From the IMG/VR virus record IMGVR_UViG_3300030397_000530, positions 1 through 46,741 of that record: DNA of 46,741 nt; one strand, 5' to 3'. Every line of letters begins with the position of its first letter. Position 1 is the first letter of the stretch. This stretch comes from a virus. Taxonomy: Duplodnaviria > Caudoviricetes. The translations under genes were made by a program, and so were the position numbers. This document shows, one piece after another, positions 43,744 to 46,741 of this stretch. Below the pieces are notes generated by a model that did not search any database, was not told the origin of the DNA, and was given only the letters and a program-made list of their open reading frames with translations.

Positions 43744-44111
43744 GCTATCGGCAGTATGTAGACAAGGGTAAAGAAACCGACCTGAGCAGCATTGTTGTTC
43801 CAAGCGAAGCTGTCAATGTGTTGTATAACAGAAACCAAACAATTGGCTCTGCATTTGTAAACAGGGACTCAACCGGCATAATGGCTGAGATTAATCTGAA
43901 TGAAATACCCTCTAATGCGGAGCTGTACCCTGTTATAATTGTGCAGCACAATCGCCTAGTGTCGATAAGCCTGAATCCTGAGCGAAATGCAGACCGGACA
44001 ATCAAGGCAATTCAGTTTGTGACGAGCGACGTGATTGAAAAGGAGATCGCGAAAGATGTTCTGAGTGGATTCGAGACATTCGGTAGTGCTATTTTAAGCG
44101 AAGAAGAGTAA
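43740..44111 (+). CDS. Hypothetical protein
   Basis: 123 aa; ATGA overlap with the upstream stop. Confidence 0.65.
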   Translation: MSYRQYVDKGKETDLSSIVVPSEAVNVLYNRNQTIGSAFVNRDSTGIMAEINLNEIPSNAELYPVIIVQHNRLVSISLNPERNADRTIKAIQFVTSDVIEKEIAKDVLSGFETFGSAILSEEE

Positions 44112-44115
44112 GGCT

Positions 44116-44316
44116 ATGCTTAATTCCCCAAACTTTAAAATATCATTTTCTAACCGCATGGGTCTTGCTGTGCGTAGGGCGTCTTACTCGCTAGTAGAAC
44201 TTTCTATCGCGATTTACTTAATAGATAATAATTACGAATCAGCTCTTAATCGAATTCCTGACCTTATAGAAAATTATGTTGATTTGAAGATTTTAGAATT
44301 GAATCAAGATGAATAG
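44116..44316 (+). CDS. Hypothetical protein
   Basis: 66 aa, operonic spacing. Confidence 0.5.
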   Translation: MLNSPNFKISFSNRMGLAVRRASYSLVELSIAIYLIDNNYESALNRIPDLIENYVDLKILELNQDE

Positions 44317-44842
44317 ACGCAGCTTTATAAATAGATCATTATTAGCTGGATTTGGAGCAATGCTACTAACGCCAAATGTAGCAAAGACCCTTGCTATTAA
44401 AAAGAATGCACCAAAAGATCAGGTCAAGGTAATTGGTAATCTGATTGAATTTAATGCCGATTGGCAGGTAAAAATATCCGAGCATTTAGTATTCAAATCA
44501 GATCAGTGTTCCGATTATTATTTCTCCCATCAAAGCCACCGCTGTCGGTACTCAATAGATAAGAACACAGAGATTAAAAAGATACCTGTTAATAGCATAG
44601 ACAAGGTAAGGCTGATCGAGGGCGAGGCAAGGATTATTGATAGTGGCTTTATTTTGGATACCAAAACCTGTTTCCGCTTAGTGGACAACCAAGAACTCAC
44701 GACATTGAAGCTCAATACAATTCATGGCAAATCTCTGGTTTTTGATGCCTACATGACTTCATTGAGCGTTACAGTAGGATCTGGGCAATTTGCGGAAAAA
44801 GATTTAGAGTTTGTAATTACAGGCGCAATACAACTAATGTAA
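44309..44842 (+). CDS. Twin-arginine signal protein with tail-tube-like C-terminus
   Basis: MNRRSFINRSLLAGFGAMLL Tat motif; C-terminal FDAYMTSLSVTVGSGQFAEKDLEFVITGAI. Confidence 0.6.
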   Translation: MNRRSFINRSLLAGFGAMLLTPNVAKTLAIKKNAPKDQVKVIGNLIEFNADWQVKISEHLVFKSDQCSDYYFSHQSHRCRYSIDKNTEIKKIPVNSIDKVRLIEGEARIIDSGFILDTKTCFRLVDNQELTTLKLNTIHGKSLVFDAYMTSLSVTVGSGQFAEKDLEFVITGAIQLM

Positions 44843-44854
44843 AAATACAAAGCT

Positions 44855-45256
44855 ATGAAACACGACACTAAAACACTCATACTGTTATTCGGGTACATCA
44901 TTCTGGTATTCTCTTTCTGCCAATGCAATCAAGGTGATCCGGTTCAACCGATTTGCGACTACACGCACGAAGTTCAATTCAATAATTACGTGTGGGATGT
45001 TATAGTAGACGGGGAAAGCCTGAAAGACAACCCGGCCTTTGATTTTCCATACACAACCGCTGTACCTGGATTAATCGAATCAGATTTGAATACCTGGTTA
45101 AATAGCGATGGCATTGCTGCTGTGACCATAACGAGTCCGGAAAGAGGCTTTTTAATTGTGGTAGAGGAAACGGATAAGGTCTTTGAATCGGTTATATTCT
45201 CAGGAGATAACAGCGGAGGTAATCAGGTTGTGATTGAGTTTATTCAAAGTTGCTGA
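44855..45256 (+). CDS. Putative lipoprotein
   Basis: Hydrophobic N-terminus ending FSFCQC; acidic beta-rich body. Confidence 0.6.
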   Translation: MKHDTKTLILLFGYIILVFSFCQCNQGDPVQPICDYTHEVQFNNYVWDVIVDGESLKDNPAFDFPYTTAVPGLIESDLNTWLNSDGIAAVTITSPERGFLIVVEETDKVFESVIFSGDNSGGNQVVIEFIQSC

Positions 45257-45810
45257 TTTTGAAAAAAGAACAATACAAAGAGCAATTAATGGGCTTGCCT
45301 GAATTAAGCCAAGATCAAAGAGAGGATTCCGTTGATCTGATAGCGGCACTGTTGAGCGAAGCTGACGAATTAAGGAAGATGTTAAGCGATTCAGGGTTGC
45401 GAGTTACTGGACAGCCACCACTACCAATTGTGCAAGGTTTAATTGAAAGAGCAAAACCGAGGATAGAGGAAGAAAAAGTGATTGCAGTAATCAAGAACGG
45501 GCAGCAAATACTGTATTCAGAACAAGGTGAGCGATTGAATTATTTAGCCAGAACAGTAATTGTTGATAGCCCAGAACACAAAGAATGTGAGTTTGAGATG
45601 CTTGTTGATGGCGATTTAGGAACACCAGAACTGCCACAATGGACAACCGAGAAGCATGAAAAATACGATGGTATTTATTACCTGGTTTCTCCGCTCGGTG
45701 TAAAACACGCGTTCAGCCGCTTGTTTGTGCCGTTTCAGGTTAATGACGAAACCAGAGTGCAGATACAATGCGCTGTGGAATTAAGGAATGAACCACCAAA
45801 AGCAGAATAA
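45250..45810 (+). CDS. Hypothetical protein
   Basis: 186-aa ORF; start uncertain. Confidence 0.6.
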   Translation: MLILKKEQYKEQLMGLPELSQDQREDSVDLIAALLSEADELRKMLSDSGLRVTGQPPLPIVQGLIERAKPRIEEEKVIAVIKNGQQILYSEQGERLNYLARTVIVDSPEHKECEFEMLVDGDLGTPELPQWTTEKHEKYDGIYYLVSPLGVKHAFSRLFVPFQVNDETRVQIQCAVELRNEPPKAE

Positions 45811-45812
45811 AC

Positions 45813-46010
45813 ATGGAAAAGAAGAAGCAAACAGACAAACCTAAAGGGCCGCCACCACCTAAAGGGCCGCCACCGAGGATAATAACGCCAAAGCCAAGAC
45901 TAATAATGGAGCCAAGTAGTGTTGACTATGGATTGGGATTAGGCTGGTTCAAGTATCCAATTATTGGCGGACTTATCGCATTACTTGGTTATTTGTTCAC
46001 GCAATTATAA
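45813..46010 (+). CDS. Small Pro-rich, C-terminally anchored membrane protein
   Basis: PKGPPP twice from an 18-bp tandem duplication (45839-45874); C-terminal TM segment. Confidence 0.55.
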   Translation: MEKKKQTDKPKGPPPPKGPPPRIITPKPRLIMEPSSVDYGLGLGWFKYPIIGGLIALLGYLFTQL

Positions 46011-46017
46011 GACGCAA

Positions 46018-46287
46018 ATGAGCGAACTAAAGGATTTCATTGATCATCATTTCATAGGCGATGCAGCAAGAGCGATCATCGGGCAATTGGGTGACTCAGA
46101 AGAGTGGGTTATTGGTCAATATCAGGTGCTACACATCTCAGGCATTACGTTATGGACCACCAATGGAATGCACTTTGTTTATGAAGTATCTACCAAAAAG
46201 AGATTCAATGTATTCGAGAAAGCTGCAATATGGAGAGCAATAAACAGAATGAAATCAGAGAAGATTAAACTAACACTAAATGAATAG
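46018..46287 (+). CDS. Hypothetical protein
   Basis: ATG at 46018, 7 nt after the upstream stop. Confidence 0.55.
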   Translation: MSELKDFIDHHFIGDAARAIIGQLGDSEEWVIGQYQVLHISGITLWTTNGMHFVYEVSTKKRFNVFEKAAIWRAINRMKSEKIKLTLNE

Positions 46288-46724
46288 TAAGTCACGACCA
46301 CTAATAAGATACTGGAACAGCCAGCAATACCAGGTTTCTTTTCTTGGCATCCCCAAAACAGGAAGCAGCACTGTTCGGAAGATACTAGGCATCGACACTG
46401 AAAGCGAATGGAGCCTGCAACCAGAGTACAGCCAGGTTTTCACCGTACTCAGAGAGCCGACAGAGCGAATCAAAAGCGGATACCAGGAATGCAAGCGCAG
46501 AAGAACATTAAGACCAGGGACGACTTGCTTTGGATCTTTTGTGAAGAGTATAGAACAATGCGACTTCTTTGATGAGCATATAAGACCAATGAGTTACTAC
46601 TTCAATGATCAGGTTAGTCATGTGTTCGCCCTTGATAACTTGTCTACATTATGGAGTTGGTTGAACATCGTTCTGGTCAATGATATAAAAGAGAATGCAA
46701 GCAAAGCATACGATATTGGGACGA
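46280..46724 (+). CDS. Sulfotransferase family 2 protein (3'-truncated)
   Basis: FLGIPKTGSSTV (5'-PSB), VLREPTERIKSGY (3'-PB), FDEHIRPM. The apparent stop lies within the primer artefact. Confidence 0.85.
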
Positions 46725-46741
46725 GATCGTGACTGGGAAAC
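46725..46741 (-). other. Random-amplification (SISPA / Round A-B) primer artefact
   Basis: GATCGTGACTGGGAAAC is the exact reverse complement of primer GTTTCCCAGTCACGATC and forms the contig end. Confidence 0.92.

Noticed and set aside
45839-45874. 18-bp tandem duplication as a regulatory repeat
   Set aside because: In-frame duplication encoding PKGPPP twice; ordinary slippage.
1-46741. Stop-codon reassignment, or a terminase-less genome
   Set aside because: Genes are full length in the standard code, and the contig is truncated exactly where the terminase genes are expected.

Overview
Near-complete genome of a temperate siphovirus with an HK97-type head, very probably infecting Bacteroidota. 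The host call rests on a host-like DnaB and SSB, Gln-ending signal peptides, lipoproteins and TAnnTTG-type promoters. The contig starts inside the portal gene and ends in a random-amplification primer, so the terminase genes are missing. Gene order: head and tail module with a -1 frameshifted tail chaperone and large LamG/propeller proteins, two of which carry signal peptides (1-17 kb); a lysis-position region with no recognisable endolysin; a metallophosphoesterase; a leftward accessory operon; two regulatory switches; RecT and NinB; a replication module (iteron origin, DnaB, SSB, two-frame C5 methyltransferase); xis-attP-integrase; a serine resolvase; and a late operon with an HNH nuclease, two glycosyltransferases and two sulfotransferases. 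The most unusual signals are non-coding. (1) Two arrays of GC hairpins separated by unique spacers, several of which are antisense to ATG start regions; one solo unit is a perfect 15-nt complement of the phage's own integrase leader. These are candidate antisense sRNA arrays. (2) Two runs of mini-gene and ncRNA cassettes, each delimited by a stop codon plus GGTCG mini-palindrome, resembling integron cassettes. (3) A 64-bp res-like direct repeat bracketing the whole 10.3-kb replication/integration module. All functional calls are from motif recognition by eye; no database search was run.
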